Source: Spirogloea muscicola (Eukaryota). Taken from it: 35,066 nt of DNA. The notes beneath the pieces are model-generated. The model saw only the letters and a program-made list of their open reading frames with translations. It made no database searches and was not told where the DNA came from. This document shows, piece by piece, positions 1-12,006 of this stretch. Location of the stretch: assembly GCA_009602725.1 (NCBI GenBank), contig WELB01000008.1, positions 815,765 to 850,830 of the forward strand, in the 5' to 3' direction. Positions within the stretch are counted from its first letter, which is position 1. Each line of letters starts with the position of its first letter. Made by a program: the position numbers and the translations under genes.

Positions 1-256
1 GGAGAAGGTGCTCGCCCATTGAGAAGAGGGGCTGGCAAAGCCAACCCAAAAAGAATGGACAATGTTCAAAGCCAAAGAAAGAGGTGCTGAAAAAGGACTA
101 CACTACAAAGTGCAAGATGGTGCAGAGGGAGATGCAGATGGCTGCTCAGTATCCACGTGTGAGCAACAGGAGAGGGCGGTGGCTGCGAGAGGCCAGCCCA
201 GGAAAAAGAATGATCAAAGCTCAAAGGGCGATGGCTGTGACTGGCCAGCCCAGCAA
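1..256 (-). mobile_element. Head-to-tail chain of three 5'-truncated non-LTR retroelement 3' ends upstream of CCT4
   Basis: 3-169 is the reverse complement of about 31263-31429 (ORF end LLTRGY-TGA, 3' UTR, GGGTTGGC-TTT-GCCAGCCC hairpin). 170-222 and 223-256 each carry the GGGCTGGC-Nx-CAGCCAYCGCCCT terminal motif on the minus strand. Confidence 0.8.
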
Positions 257-549
257 ACGATTATAGCCCCCAAAACCCAAACCCCCTCCCTGTCCCCCTC
301 CCCCCCAAACACTCCTCGGCCAGGCCCCTCGCCTCGTACGCCGCCGCCGCGCGCTTCGGCGCAAGCCGCGGCGGCTCGCAGCAGCTTCGACGCGCAGGCG
401 CAGCGAGAGCCGCCGCTGCACAGCGCCGCGGCGCGAGACCTAGCGAAGCGAGGCGAGGCGAGGCGAGGCGGGCGCGTGGGGGCGCAGCAGCGCGTACGCC
501 ACTGCGCCGAGGCCGAGGCGGCGGCGGCGGCGGCGGCGGCGGTGCCGTC

Positions 550-3395
550 ATGCCAGCGGCGCAGGTGGTGACGGGGGGGGCGTCTCGGACGGACACGTAC
601 GTGGACACCAAGCGCAAGGACGATGTGCGGCAGGCCAACATGCTGGCGGCCAAGGCGGTGGCGGATGCCGTGCGCACCTCGCTGGGGCCCCGCGGCATGG
701 ACAAGATGCTCACGACGTCGTCGGGCGAGGTCATCATCACCAACGACGGCGCCACCATCCTCAACAAGGTCCGGGCGGCTTCGCCCATTCCTCTCGTGGC
801 CTTGCTGGTCCTCGTTCGCTGCCGCGCATCTCCTGACGGCGGCCTGCGCCACTTTCCCACTGCGCTCCAGCTGGAGGTGACGCAGCCCGCCGCGAAGATG
901 CTGGTGGAGCTGTCCAAGTCGCAGGACATCGTGGCCGGCGACGGGACCACGACGGGTTTGTGGGCACCGGCCTTCCTGCACGCAAGCATTGCTCCTGCGA
1001 AGCGCCTTGAAGGAAGCCTCCTCGAAGCCTCCTCGAAGCCTCGAAGCCTCCTCGAGCGCCGTCTTGAGAGCGCGGCAGGACCAGTAGCTCTGACGTGTTG
1101 CGATGCTGTGCCATGCGAGCACATGCAGTGGTGGTGCTGGCCGGCGCGCTGCTGAAGCAGTGCCTCGGGCTGCTGGCCAAGGGCGTGCACCCCACGGTCA
1201 TCTCCGAGGCGCTCCACAAGGCCTCCGAGAAGGCCGTGGAGGTGCTCACGGCGATGGCGGTGCCGGTGGAGCTCTCCGACCGCGGCGCGCTCGTCAAGAG
1301 CGCGAGCACGTCGCTCAACAGCAAGGTGCGGGGTGGCACACGGAGCGGGCGTGGCTATTGGGCACGCTCCTTCTCGTGGTCGCCAGGTTCACACACTTGC
1401 TGCGCTGGCTGCGTCACTGCGCTGCGCCAGGTGGTGAGCCAGTACTCCTCGCTGCTGGCGCCCATGGCCGTGGACTGCGTGCTGAGCCTCGTGGACCCTG
1501 AGCAGCCCGCTGACCCCGTGGACCTGCGGAACATCAAGGTCATCAAGAAGCTCGGCGGCACGGTGAGCTTCTCGCAGGAGGCTGCTGTCCCTCTGCACTC
1601 CTCCTTGCCGAGTGGCCTATTGACGAGGTCGCACCTGCCCTGCCAGATCGACGACACCGAGATCGTGCGGGGGTTGGTCTTCGACCAAAAGGCGAGCCAC
1701 GCGGCAGGCGGTCCGACACGCATCGAGAACGCGAAGATTGGGCTCATCCAGTTCCAGGTCTCGCCGCCCAAGACCGACATGGAGCAGAATGTTGTCATCT
1801 CCGATTACGCGCAGGTTTGCCACCCAGGTACCCACTAGCTACTGTTGCGGGTCACCACTTACTCAGGTCCTGGGATTTGGGCCTAAGGCCTGCTGATGAG
1901 CTTTACCTGAAAGCAGGGCTCTGTCTCTCGGGGAACAGGCCCCTTGACCTGGGGTGCTGAGCTGCGCAGCCCTTGTTGGTGGCACGCCGCAGATGGACCG
2001 CATTCTCAAGGAGGAGCGAAGCTACATCCTGGGCATGGTCAAGAAGATCCGCGCGGCGGGCTGCAACGTGCTGCTGGTGCAGAAGAGCATCCTGCGCGAC
2101 GCCGTCACGGACCTGTCGCTGCACTACCTGGCCAAGGCGAAGATCCTGGTCGTCAAGGACGTGGAGCGCGAGGACATTGAATTCATCACCCGCACGCTCG
2201 GCTGCCTGCCCATTGCCAACATCGAGCACTTTCGCGTAGAGAAGCTGGGCTCCGCCGACCTTGTCGAGGAGGTCACGATGGGCGAGAGCAAGGTGGGCAT
2301 ACTCGCCGGTCGGACTGCACCACTAGTTCAGCTGCTGCCCAAAACTCTGCACCTCAAGGAGGCTGCTGCGGCGAGCAGTGTGGCCAACACCCTGCGCCCA
2401 TTGCGTGACGCTCGCCGCCTTCTTTGTTGCAGCCAATTGAGCGTAATCGACTCCCTCAACTGCTGTGGCAGGTGGTTAGAGTGACTGGCATAGAAAGCCA
2501 AGGGCGAACGATGACCGTTGTCGTCCGTGGCTCAAACCAGCTGGTGAATCTTATGAGGCTTTCATAGTGGCACCTCAGCAGTCAGCTACATTGCCGTTGT
2601 ACCTAAGTGTGTTTGTTACTTGAAGTAACTGGTGGATCTGCTCCTTCTTCTGGCGGGGACAGGTCTTGGACGAGGCGGAGCGCAGCCTGCACGATGCGCT
2701 GTGCGTTGTGCGCTGCTTGGTTACCAAGCGCTTCCTGATTGCAGGTGGAGGCGCGCCAGAGATTGAGGTGTCTTGGCAGCTCGGCGCATGGGCAAAGACG
2801 CTGCAGGGCATGGAGAGTTACTGCGTCCGGGCGTTTGCAGAGGCCATGGAGGTGCAGCATCCTCCCCCCGACTGACGAAATCACATGAGAGAGGGAGTCG
2901 GAGGGGCGGAGGGGGGAGAGAGGAGGAGGGCAGCGAAAGGGTAGGAAGGAGACACTGCTTCACGGCACTGGCTGTCAAACACTGTAGGCTGTGAAGCTCA
3001 CCATCGTCCAGCATTTGCCCCTGTCCAGGTGGTTCCATACACTCTTGCGGAGAATGCGGGCCTGAACCCAATTGCTATTGTCACAGAGCTGCGCAATCAC
3101 CATGCCATGGGAGAGGTAAGCCTGCTCTGGGGCCGGTCCGCTTCAGTAGCTCAATCATTGGTTCACGTGCAATTTTGTCAGGTGCTTCAACAACAAGCTT
3201 GGTCTGGAAGCTTGAGTATAGCAGCCTGGCATTACGCAGGTGAACACAGGCATCAACGTGCGAAAGGGGGTGGTGACAAACATCCTGGAGGAGAATGTGG
3301 TGCAACCGCTACTCGTCAGCACCAGCGCTGTCTCGCTAGCGACTGAATGTGTACGCATGGTTCTCAAGATCGACGACATTGTCATCACCCGCTAG
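550..3395 (+). CDS. CCT4: T-complex protein 1 subunit delta (CCT/TRiC chaperonin), 10 exons: 550-768, 871-955, 1129-1325, 1431-1562, 1647-1814, 1993-2292, 2472-2543, 2663-2851, 3029-3115, 3240-3395
   Basis: Chaperonin motifs [42 protein letters not shown] and GGGAPEIE. Delta-type [35 protein letters not shown]. All introns are GT..AG with consistent phases; the CDS ends ...[12 protein letters not shown]. Confidence 0.96.
1012..1055. repeat. Short tandem repeat (GAAGCCTCCTC-type, about 4 units) in CCT4 intron 2
   Basis: gaagcctcctc gaagcctcctc gaagcctc gaagcctcctc gag read directly. Confidence 0.85.
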
Positions 3396-4209
3396 AGGCC
3401 AGAATGCCCTCATGCTTACCATAGGAGCTCTTGTTCATAGTCAATTAGACACCTGCACCTTTATAAGAGCGACATGCTTTGGTCACTGCACATGCAAGTC
3501 AATGTTGATGGAGCTTATGGTGGCAAAGTCAGTCGAGGGGGAGTTATTGCTCCTTTGAGGCATCTCGTCTTCAATGGTTAGGAGGTTTAAGAGCCACAGA
3601 ATGGGACACAAAATCTGTCCAATTACGTGCCACACAGGCGTGGCTTTGTGTTTCTTGTCTGCTTGGAAAGCATCAGAATACACGCCGTATAAGTATTGAA
3701 CCTGTCAGCAAAGCAATGACTGCGTTCTGTGAAAGCAGCTGATAGATGAGAAGCTCAACGAATCTGCAAGTCAGGTAGCCAAACGCTATGCCTGCGATGC
3801 CAGAACACACCAGAACACAGACCCCAGGACCTTGGATACCTTAGGCGACATTAATGGGAACCACGACATGACAGGCAAACGTCATTATTCGGCATCCCTG
3901 CATGCTTGCAGCAGTGGCTCTGAACTCTGTCCTTGATTCACAAATCAGAAAGTAGTTGCTGCCACTTGTGCTGCTGTTGCTGGCAGCGTCCTCATTTTTC
4001 CACTCCGGAAGTAGTCAGCAAACATAAAGTACAGGTCAGGCTTTTAGCAAGCAGACCTGCTTAAGCGCTTCAAGAAAGGGCATGTTCTACCTCCTTGGGA
4101 AGACACATGCTCATCAGTTGCTCATGTTCTCACCTGGCATTCTGGTCTTAAAAGGTCCATTTGCCGAGGCCGCAACCCTCGCTGGCCCAACTTTTCAACA
4201 TCTCATATA

Positions 4210-4582
4210 CAGTCAACCCTGTCTAAGATTATACGGTCAGTTGGGGAGGTTTGCATAACGATAAACAGGATATAACGGAACAGGTCGCACGGTCCGTCGC
4301 ATGGCCCGTCGCACGGCCCGTCGCACGGTCAGTTGCACGGGCCGTCTGTCGCACGCCGTCGCACGGTCCGCCGCACGGTCCGTCCGCACGGTCCGTCCAT
4401 AAAGAATGCGTGTTATTAAGAGATATCCATAGGTATAAGCTCATTTTTTGAGAAAAATATTTAATAAAAGGAAGTATAGAGGATTGTAACCTTATACTGG
4501 CAAACCGACTCGGTTTGCCAGAACTTTATAACGTTATATAGGATATAAGCTAATGGAGGATAACCTTAGACAGGGTTGACCG
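4210..4582. mobile_element. Non-autonomous Tc1/mariner/pogo-like MITE, 373 bp
   Basis: Terminal inverted repeats CAGTCAACCCTGTCTAAGATTAT / ATAACCTTAGACAGGGTTGACCG (23 bp, 2 mismatches). TA on both sides (4208-4209, 4583-4584). No transposase ORF. Internal 12-bp GTCGCACGGTCC-type tandem array at about 4283-4397. Confidence 0.85.
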
Positions 4583-5056
4583 TAGTTCTTCATTGGGCTG
4601 ACGAAGCCTTATGACCGCAACACAGCTAGTATTGGGACGTGAAGACCGCAATTAATTCCTGCTGAGCCCTGCATTGGCACCTATATACTGAAAATGCCTC
4701 AGGACTACTCATTGGCAACATGTCGATTCCTCATTGTTGTCTAGCCCCTTTGAGGGTCCATCGCCTTCTTTTGCAGCAATGCATGCTCATTGGTCCTCAT
4801 TCTTATGGATTTTTCTTTCCAATTCAGGTACTCAACCTGCACCTCAATCTCCTGACACTCCCACAACACAGGCCTTGTAGGAATTTATATGTACAAAAAG
4901 TAGAATAATCATCAAGGTCAGCGTGACGTTTGTAGGGAGCGACAGCCAACCAAGGTCGATGGCGACTGTCTATCTCACTGCAGTGTACGCAGGTGGCCTC
5001 AGGGCAACCGCAGGGCTGTGATGTTGACTTAGCAACTGTATGTAACTTCGAAGTGC

Positions 5057-8000
5057 TCAGCGAGGCTGGACAGCTGAAAGGGACAGCTGGTCTGCTGGGT
5101 TAGTCTGATCCGAACCACCCGACTCGGCAGACCGCGCCGACTCCCTGGACTGGTCTGCGGTCCTCGGAGCTTCTGGCATCCTGACGCCGTTGCTGTAGGT
5201 GTCCTGCTGGCCCCTCTCTGCATCCTTGACGTCCTCCCACGCCTTGGTGCTGTCCCCATCGACCTCCCTCTTGAGTGCGGGTACGTTCTGCTCCAGGGTC
5301 TCGACCACCTCGCCCATTGTCGGACGCTCGCTCCCATTCAGCCGCACGCAGTAGCGGGCCACCTCGGCAAGCACGCAAAGCTGCGCAAAGTCGTACTCGC
5401 TGCCCAGCTTGGGGTCCACAAATTCCTTTAGCCTGTCGATATTCTCCAAGTATGGCGCCGCCTGGAGGACAACAATCGATGGCAATCCGACTGCATTAAT
5501 TGGTTGGTTGTCAACAGGTCCTGAGAAGGCAAGCCCGTTGGTGCTCATTGAGTACTCTCTAGCAGTATGTGTAGATGCACACTGAGCAAGCCGTCCTCCT
5601 TTGCCTGAGACGTGCGACAGAAGCGCACTTTGCGCCAACACAACCAACAGGAAGCAATAGTGACCAGCTTGCGACCCTCACCAGAAGCCTGAGGAAGGTG
5701 TGCTCTCGTCCTTTGTTGATCTCTTTTGGGCTGGCTTTTCCAGCCCCTATTCTCAATAGGCGAGCACTTTCTTCTTCAACTGCAGCTTTTTGACCTGATA
5801 TAAGTTCCAGCAGCAGTACACCAAAGCTGAACACATCAGAATGTTCTGACAAGACCCAAGTCTGCACATACTGGGGGTCTAGGTAGCCAAAGGACCCCTT
5901 GATGCCAGTCTCCACTGATTCGAAGTATTCTTGGCCAGGGGGCGCCTCCTTACAGAGGCCAAAGTCTGCCACCTGTAACAACGAAACGAGACCACGGGCT
6001 GCTTGAGAGAAGCTGCTACAAGTAATGAGCACACAGCGTTGGCCCTCTGACCCGTCATACATTCCCATCCCTGCGGGCCCCGGTGGGAAGACTGGCTTAA
6101 GAACGCCTAGATTGACAGTAAGTGTGTCAACTGCAAGAAGTGAAGGGTGTGTACCTTGGCATCCATGTCCTGGGTCAGCAAGACGTTGCTGGACTTAATG
6201 TCCCTGTGGATGATCGGAGGGTATGCCTCCTCATGCAAGTATCTCAGCGCCAGAGCGACCTGGTAGGCAATGCGCACTCGAATTTCCCAAGGAATGACTT
6301 CGGCAGTCTTGATTCCTGCAACACATACACCGCTGCAAATTAAGGCAGTTGGAAAGTTCCAGTATTGTCGTCACTGTCCGTGGTAACTATGATACAAATA
6401 AAGCACTTTGAAGATATTGGTACAGCTTACCGTGCATGCGGTCATACAGACTGCCACCAGCCATGTATTCATACACAAGCATCTGCTCCTTCTCCTCGCA
6501 GCAGTAGCCGAGCAGGTTGACAAGCCTCCGGTGGTGGATCCTCTTGAGCAGCTCTATCTCTCTGCAGAATGCCGAGTCTGCCTCCTGATCGACATTGTTG
6601 GCCCTTTTCACTGCTGCGAATGTCCCGGCCTTGTCATTGAGCTTGGCCAAGTAGACTTTGCCAAAGCCACCTCTGCCCAGCAAGCTGCTGTAACCGCCAG
6701 TGGCCTTCTCCAGCTCCCATGCGCGGAACTCTGTGATGCCTCCGCCTGCACAGGTATATGCGATAGACAGTTAGTAGAAGTAATGGCTCTGTGGCATGTG
6801 GCAGCTACATAGAGCTACGTGGCAATGATCACAGGGAGGCTTGCGACAAGTCAATAGGAGACTACAAGGGGACTCTGTATAGCATGAAACTGGAGCAATA
6901 ACAACACCCATGGCCTCGATTTCCTTAGCTGCCATGCAGAGGCAGCTTATCAACTCACTCAAGTGCAGCATGCCCAATGAGGGGGGCTTGTAAGTGTGCC
7001 GTCTCCACCAGATGAGCACTGCCAGGAGCATTGCCACGAGGAAGACCCCTCCACCAACTAGGCCCCCTATCAGGGCTGCACTCGAGTTGCTGGAGGATTT
7101 CCCCTTTGCTGAAGGTGCAGCAGCCAGACAGTGCTTCCGTTAGTAGCAGGAAAAAGGCAGCAAAGTTGCTGGTGGAGCGTGTCATGACACACCAGAAGCT
7201 TAACAGTTTTGGTAAGAGCTTGCCAGAATATAGAGAAGCGCTCAACGTATCATGAAGATGCTCATAATCTCTGCAGACAACCTAGTCACAAGCTACTGTT
7301 TGGAGAGACCCCGACCATGTGAGAGACTCCGACCATGTTGCTTGGACCCACTCGACTTCAAGCCAAAAACGGCAGGCGGGATATGTAAAACCTGGACAGC
7401 TCACGTGACGGGGGAGAGGGGGGAGGAGGATAGTATGAGAGGCAGTTCTTCAGCACTTTCTGAGTGGGATGGCCTAAGAAGCAGTTGCCGGTGGTGCTGC
7501 AAGATATCAGCAAAAGAGCAGGCTTAGAAGTCCTTCAACACAGAGCAGTTTCTTATTAAGCAGTTTGCCATGCTCTCTCAAGAAGTCGATACTGGCACGG
7601 ACAGGAGCAATAAGAGCTGTACTGATCCTAAGAGATTACACAGTTTTTTTGTTGGTGTTCTAAGCAACGTGAATCACTAGACAAGCACACAAGGCCGCAT
7701 CCCATTCACTCACGTAATGTTCAGAAACTCTGGTGTGGGGTCTGGAATTCCACCAGTCAGATAGTTATTTTGCACATTCCTGCCATTGAAAGCTCACATG
7801 CCAGTCAAGCATTGCCTGCTGGCACTATGTGCATTCGCCTCCTCAATAAGTCCTCAGGTCTGTAGCTGAGCATTCTCTACATGCAGAGCCCCTCAGCAAT
7901 CTGGATATCGGTCAACAGCTGGTTTCTTTTCAGTAGGCCTCAACAGCTCTGCATGCACTACTATCCCACATCTACTGTCCATAGAATGCGCACAGCAATC

Positions 8001-10615
8001 TACGTGAGATAAAGAGGTCCTAACAGGGGACTGCATTGGCATACACAGTCAGAGAATGTGTGAGATTCTTTCCCAGAGCAGAGGGAAGCTCGCCCGTCAG
8101 CTGGTTATCTTGGAGGTTTCTGCAAAAGCACGCAGCATCGCATCAGCCTTCTTATTGCTTGACCAGGCACATCAGACCAGAACAAGAGGAGGACAACAGG
8201 CAGGCACAGATGACACCAAGGCAAGCTTCCAAGCAAAGATGCATGCATGCCCTTTGAGGCTGTTAATTGGCAATCAGCCAAGCAGATCAGCCACCTACTG
8301 GGCGGGTGGGAAAGCAATGAACCTCAGATTATGAGGGAGGGACTCTTACAGTAACTGGAGCTTGGTCAGGATTCGTCACACTCGCAGGGATGGGCCCATT
8401 GAGGCTGTTGGAGTCCAAGTGCCTGCAGCATAGCTCATTACTATCAGCATGCAGGTAATGCAAGCGAGCTGCTGAGCCCTTCACCAGGCCACAAACAGCA
8501 TACACGTTAAGGTGACCTGCATGGACTGGGGTCCAGGGAAGCAAGTCGTAGCATCCAATAGCAGGCCGCCGTGTGCACTTACACTTCCACCAGCGAAGGC
8601 AGGGACCCCAGCCACGCCGGAATGCTCCCATTCAGGTTGCAATTGTCTATTGCTCTGCAGCAGCAGCAAGGAGTATCAGACACTGAGGTGACCTGTTGGC
8701 TTGACATCACTCACTGAGGGTCCCAATCAAAAGATGCTCACAGGAAGTTCATGTCCTTGAGCTTCGAGAGGTCTGGAATGTCGCCCGTGTACTGGTTGGT
8801 CCCGATGTCCCTGCCCGGCCAGAGATGCAGCGCAAGGTGCACCAAGCAAGGCATCAGAAAGGAGCAAGCACTCCACGTTGCATCCACATGCAACAGCACC
8901 AGGCCAAGTCCATGGCGCCATGCAGGCGGTCTCCGCCAGACGCCATGCCATCGGCCACACAGGCAGGTGGCGAGGCACTCACAGCTTCACCAACTTGGTC
9001 AGGTTCCCAAGCGACGTCGGCAGCTCTCCAGAGAAGCTGTTCTGCCAGAGCTGCCTGCAGTGGCGACAGTAGTCGCAATGTGGGCAGGGAGCAGCTTTGC
9101 AGAGTCAGAGAGGCAGCCGCCAGGAAGGCTGCCTAGATGAAATCCATTCTATCATTTGAGTTATACTAGCAAGATGGACAAGAGCACCAGGCATCTCTAC
9201 AATGATTGACTTAGGGTGAACGCACAGTTCACGGAGCTCCAAGAGGCTGCCGAGCGCGGCAGGCAGGGGGCCGGACAGGCCTGGCAGTGTGCCATCTGTG
9301 CGGCTCTGCCCAAAGATGGAGCTGGATGCCGCAAGGCACACAGAGCCAGGGGAGAGCAGACGCCGGTATGTCACTTTGAAGCACAGCGGTCGGTCCACAG
9401 CTGGAGCTGCTTTTTCCCCACTCGGCTCGTCCTATCAGCAATTGAACAAGACCTACCAATTTGACAAAGATGTGGTGGAGATGAACTGGCAATTAGCAAT
9501 CCCATTAACAAATGCAGACAGGAGAGGCGAGTCCGAGAGAGAGGGGCGCTCACAGGTTCCGGAGCTGCCTCAAGTTGGTCACCTCCGCTGGGATGGGGCC
9601 CGTGAAGTAGTTGTTGTGCAAGAGGCTGCGCCCCAACGTGGACGGAAATCTCAAGGAGGGGTTGAAGCCCTCTGAGGAAGAGGGAGAGGTCACTAGGACT
9701 GGAGTGCCACGTCGTCGGAAACCATGACCATGGCTGTGCCCACCATGGTCACGACGTCCATGGTGGACACAGCCAGTGCACAGACTCGCAGAGTGGTGAG
9801 AGGAGGGCAGCTCACAGAAACCACAGGCGCGTGAGCTGGCCGAGGTACCGCCCGATGCGGCCGAGGCTGCCCTGCAGCCCGCAGTTGGAGACGTCCCTGT
9901 CCCAGCAGCAAGCGGGCGGGCGCACAGCAAGCGCGCTCAGGCTGGCAGGAGGCCATGGACAGGCGGCAGCACGCAGCTGTCCTGCGAGTGTCATGCCTAG
10001 GCACTGCATGGCAGGGCTCGCAGCCATGGCCAACGAGAGGACGTCGACGGGCCAGGCATGAAGGCGCAGGGCGAGGAGGCCGTGGCGCACAGGAGGGAGA
10101 GGCGGCTGTCGTCGGCCCAGCACTGGTATTCGGCGTAGGACTGCATGCTCGGCGCAGCGTCGGCGGGGCCCTTCCAGTTGTAACCGTGCGCGTCGCACGG
10201 CGGCGCGGCGTCCGTCCAGTACGCCATGCACGCCGGGTGGCCCAGCGCCTCCTTCATCGCCAGCAGCGCCATGACTGCGAGCTTGGCAGCCCGGCCATGA
10301 GGAGCAGCGGCCGCGAAGGAGGCCACGGAGCGGGCTCGTCAGAGCTGGCTCTGGCCGCCATGGACTGCGCTCGACGGCCACCATGCGAGGCCACATCCAA
10401 ATTCGCAGCTGCTGCGCCTGTCGCCGTCTATGGCGGCTCTGTGGCGCGCATCCTCCTCGCCGCACCTTCGCCGGACGGCCGATACGGCGGCGGCGGCGGG
10501 TTGTACATTGGCGGCAGGCTGGAAAAGTACTGCCAGTCGATGGAGGGCTCCGGCGCCGGCCCCGCCGCAGCGCGCGGCGGCGGCGGCGGACGGTGGCCGC
10601 CGGCGCCGCCGCCAT
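5057..10615 (-). pseudogene. LRR receptor-like kinase (RLK/Pelle, RD kinase), probably disrupted. Exons: 5' end uncertain (ATG 10615 or 10508)-10466, 10274-10091, 9896-9816, 9625-9554, 9321-9226, 9054-8983, 8810-8742, 8422-8350, 8119-8045, 7779-7714, 7496-7405, about 7108-6959, 6745-6431, 6315-6155, 5972-5682, 5461-5057
   Basis: LRRNT cap (ALLAMKEALG..W....PC....W.G); one-LRR-per-exon phase-2 exons (LHNNYFTGPIPAEVTNL, LWQNSFSGELPTSLGNL); TM segment ALIGALVGGGVFLVAMLLAVLIWW; kinase motifs LGRGGFGKVY, AAVK, HRDIKSSNVLL, VADFGL, GSFGYLDPQY, SDVFSFGVLLLEL, RPTMGEVV. Family identity is confident. Pseudogene status rests on a 73-nt (non-3n) LRR exon and an out-of-frame 5' ATG, either of which could be an assembly error. 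Confidence 0.75.
5722..5777 (+). mobile_element. About 56-bp retroelement 3' terminus inside a kinase exon, antisense to the gene
   Basis: tcttttGGGCTGGcttttCCAGCCCctattctcaataggcgagcactttcttc closely matches the 3' termini at about 15176-15225, 30958-31005 and 33020-33070. Confidence 0.85.
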
Positions 10616-10822
10616 GGGGCGCCTCCCCCCCTCACCGGCGCCAGAGCGTCGCGTGACCGGGCCCCTCACTTTCCAGTCCCCCCACCCGCCCCTCCGGCGC
10701 GCCGGCCGCCACAAATCCCGGTGGAGCGACCGGCCCCCGGTCCTGAGCAACCGCTGGAGCAAGCGGTTCGCGGCTCCGCGGGACCGTCACCGGTTGTTGG
10801 GCGGCTTACCACCCCACTCACA

Positions 10823-11560
10823 GTTGGTGGCAAAAGGGCTTCGGATCTGCCATCTGGTTTTCTGGCATCAATTGGCGACCTTTACGTGCAGTATTGACCC
10901 GTGGTTACTGACCGGGTCAAGCTGCTGTGGGTGATGTACGCTCCCCTTGTAACTTGGCCATTTTGGCCTTCGGTTCTTCCAAACACATGAGAACCTTCCT
11001 CTGGCTTCCATGGCGGTGCTGCAGCCCTTGTCAATCCTCTGGGCTGGTCTTTCTGACTGCGGCTACTGAAGGGATGTCACTGATAAGGGTTCCATCCTAC
11101 AAGGTCCTTCCTTACTCATTTCCTCCAGCGCTTCTCTGCCCCTTCGGACCAGGTCAAAGTATTATGGGCTGGCTTTTCACAGCCCTCGCTCCGGTTGAGA
11201 GAGCCACTTTCCTTCTCTCTTTGGGCCGGCCTCTCACCGTCATTGCCGTACATTGAAGATAAGCTGTTTCTTCCTCCGGCTACCCGAGTTGATTCGACAT
11301 TTCTTCCAACGAAAGAGCTCTTCCTATTAAGGCGATGGCTGTGGGAGGCCAGCCCAAGAGATATAAAATGTTAGATGTCTAGTGCTCACTCCTCGTTACT
11401 GGAATTTACCTTCAGCCGGCCGACGCACAACTTCCAAGCCCCAGAAATATAGGGCTTTGCTTTGTGTAGCCCCATCTTTCGCACCAGCTTTTGCCTGAAC
11501 AGTGTGTTAGCTTGACTTGGCCTCCCTTTCAATTCAAGCGCACCGCGCACCTTCTCTTCC
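10823..11560 (+). mobile_element. Cluster of at least 4 truncated retroelement 3' ends from different families upstream of the RLK
   Basis: 10823-10988 aligns with 33700-33873 (DLYV..LTRGY-TGA, TTGACCCG..CGGGTCAA, GGCCATTTTGGCC). About 10990-11255 has GGCTACTGA plus GGGCTGGC motifs. About 11330-11365 is a short minus-strand motif. 11505-11560 matches the GGCCTCCCTTTCA..GCGCACCGCGC..CCTTCTC end seen at 31960-32005. Confidence 0.7.
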
Positions 11561-12006
11561 CCAACTCCTAGCCTAAGCTAGATGAGAATCCCTTCACAAT
11601 TCGTCACTGCCATGCCAGCGCACATATCCCAGGAGTCCCAAAAGACATCCTATTGTCACACCCATTCGATCGAGGATTCAGGGTTGAGGGGTGCACAACA
11701 ATAACTCATACCAAGTGTTGATCCTCCAGCCTCCAACTTCCTCTGTACACACTCGGCTGGCTTATACAGCCGCCCTTGGAGGAAGGCATCCGCTGTCTAT
11801 CGTGGACTTCCATTGGTCACTAACTGTGTACAAACACACCCAGCACTATGCTGCCATGAGCTGTCCCCCCCCCCCCCCCCCCCCCCCCCCCGCCACACGC
11901 AGTCCGCCCTGCTCTTGTGCCAGCTTGTTGCGGTGCGCCCGCCCTCCTTTCTTGCCAGCTTGTCAGGTTGTAACTTGGGCAGGTCATAGAGGAGCCAGGC
12001 AGCATA

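Noticed and set aside
62..571. ORFs 62-571 and 30546-31370 sharing the N-terminus MFKAKERGAEKGLHYK
   Set aside because: The shared peptide is an antisense translation of the same retroelement 3' UTR, not a gene family.
1890..1965. TGATGA...CTGA in CCT4 intron 5 as a C/D snoRNA, or CTGATGA plus stem as a hammerhead
   Set aside because: The C box lacks the leading purine, the terminal stem is weak, it is very close to the 3' splice site and I recognise no guide target. The hammerhead GAAA after stem II is absent.
4283..4397. 12-bp repeat array as a CRISPR-like or coding repeat
   Set aside because: There are no unique spacers, the context is eukaryotic, and the array lies inside a MITE. The overlapping ORFs are by-products.
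11865..11891. Poly(C) run, and other small repeats (18-bp pair at 7303-7338, (GGC)n at 17703-17738, 14-bp pair at 28211-28244)
   Set aside because: Ordinary slippage-type repeats with no further structure.
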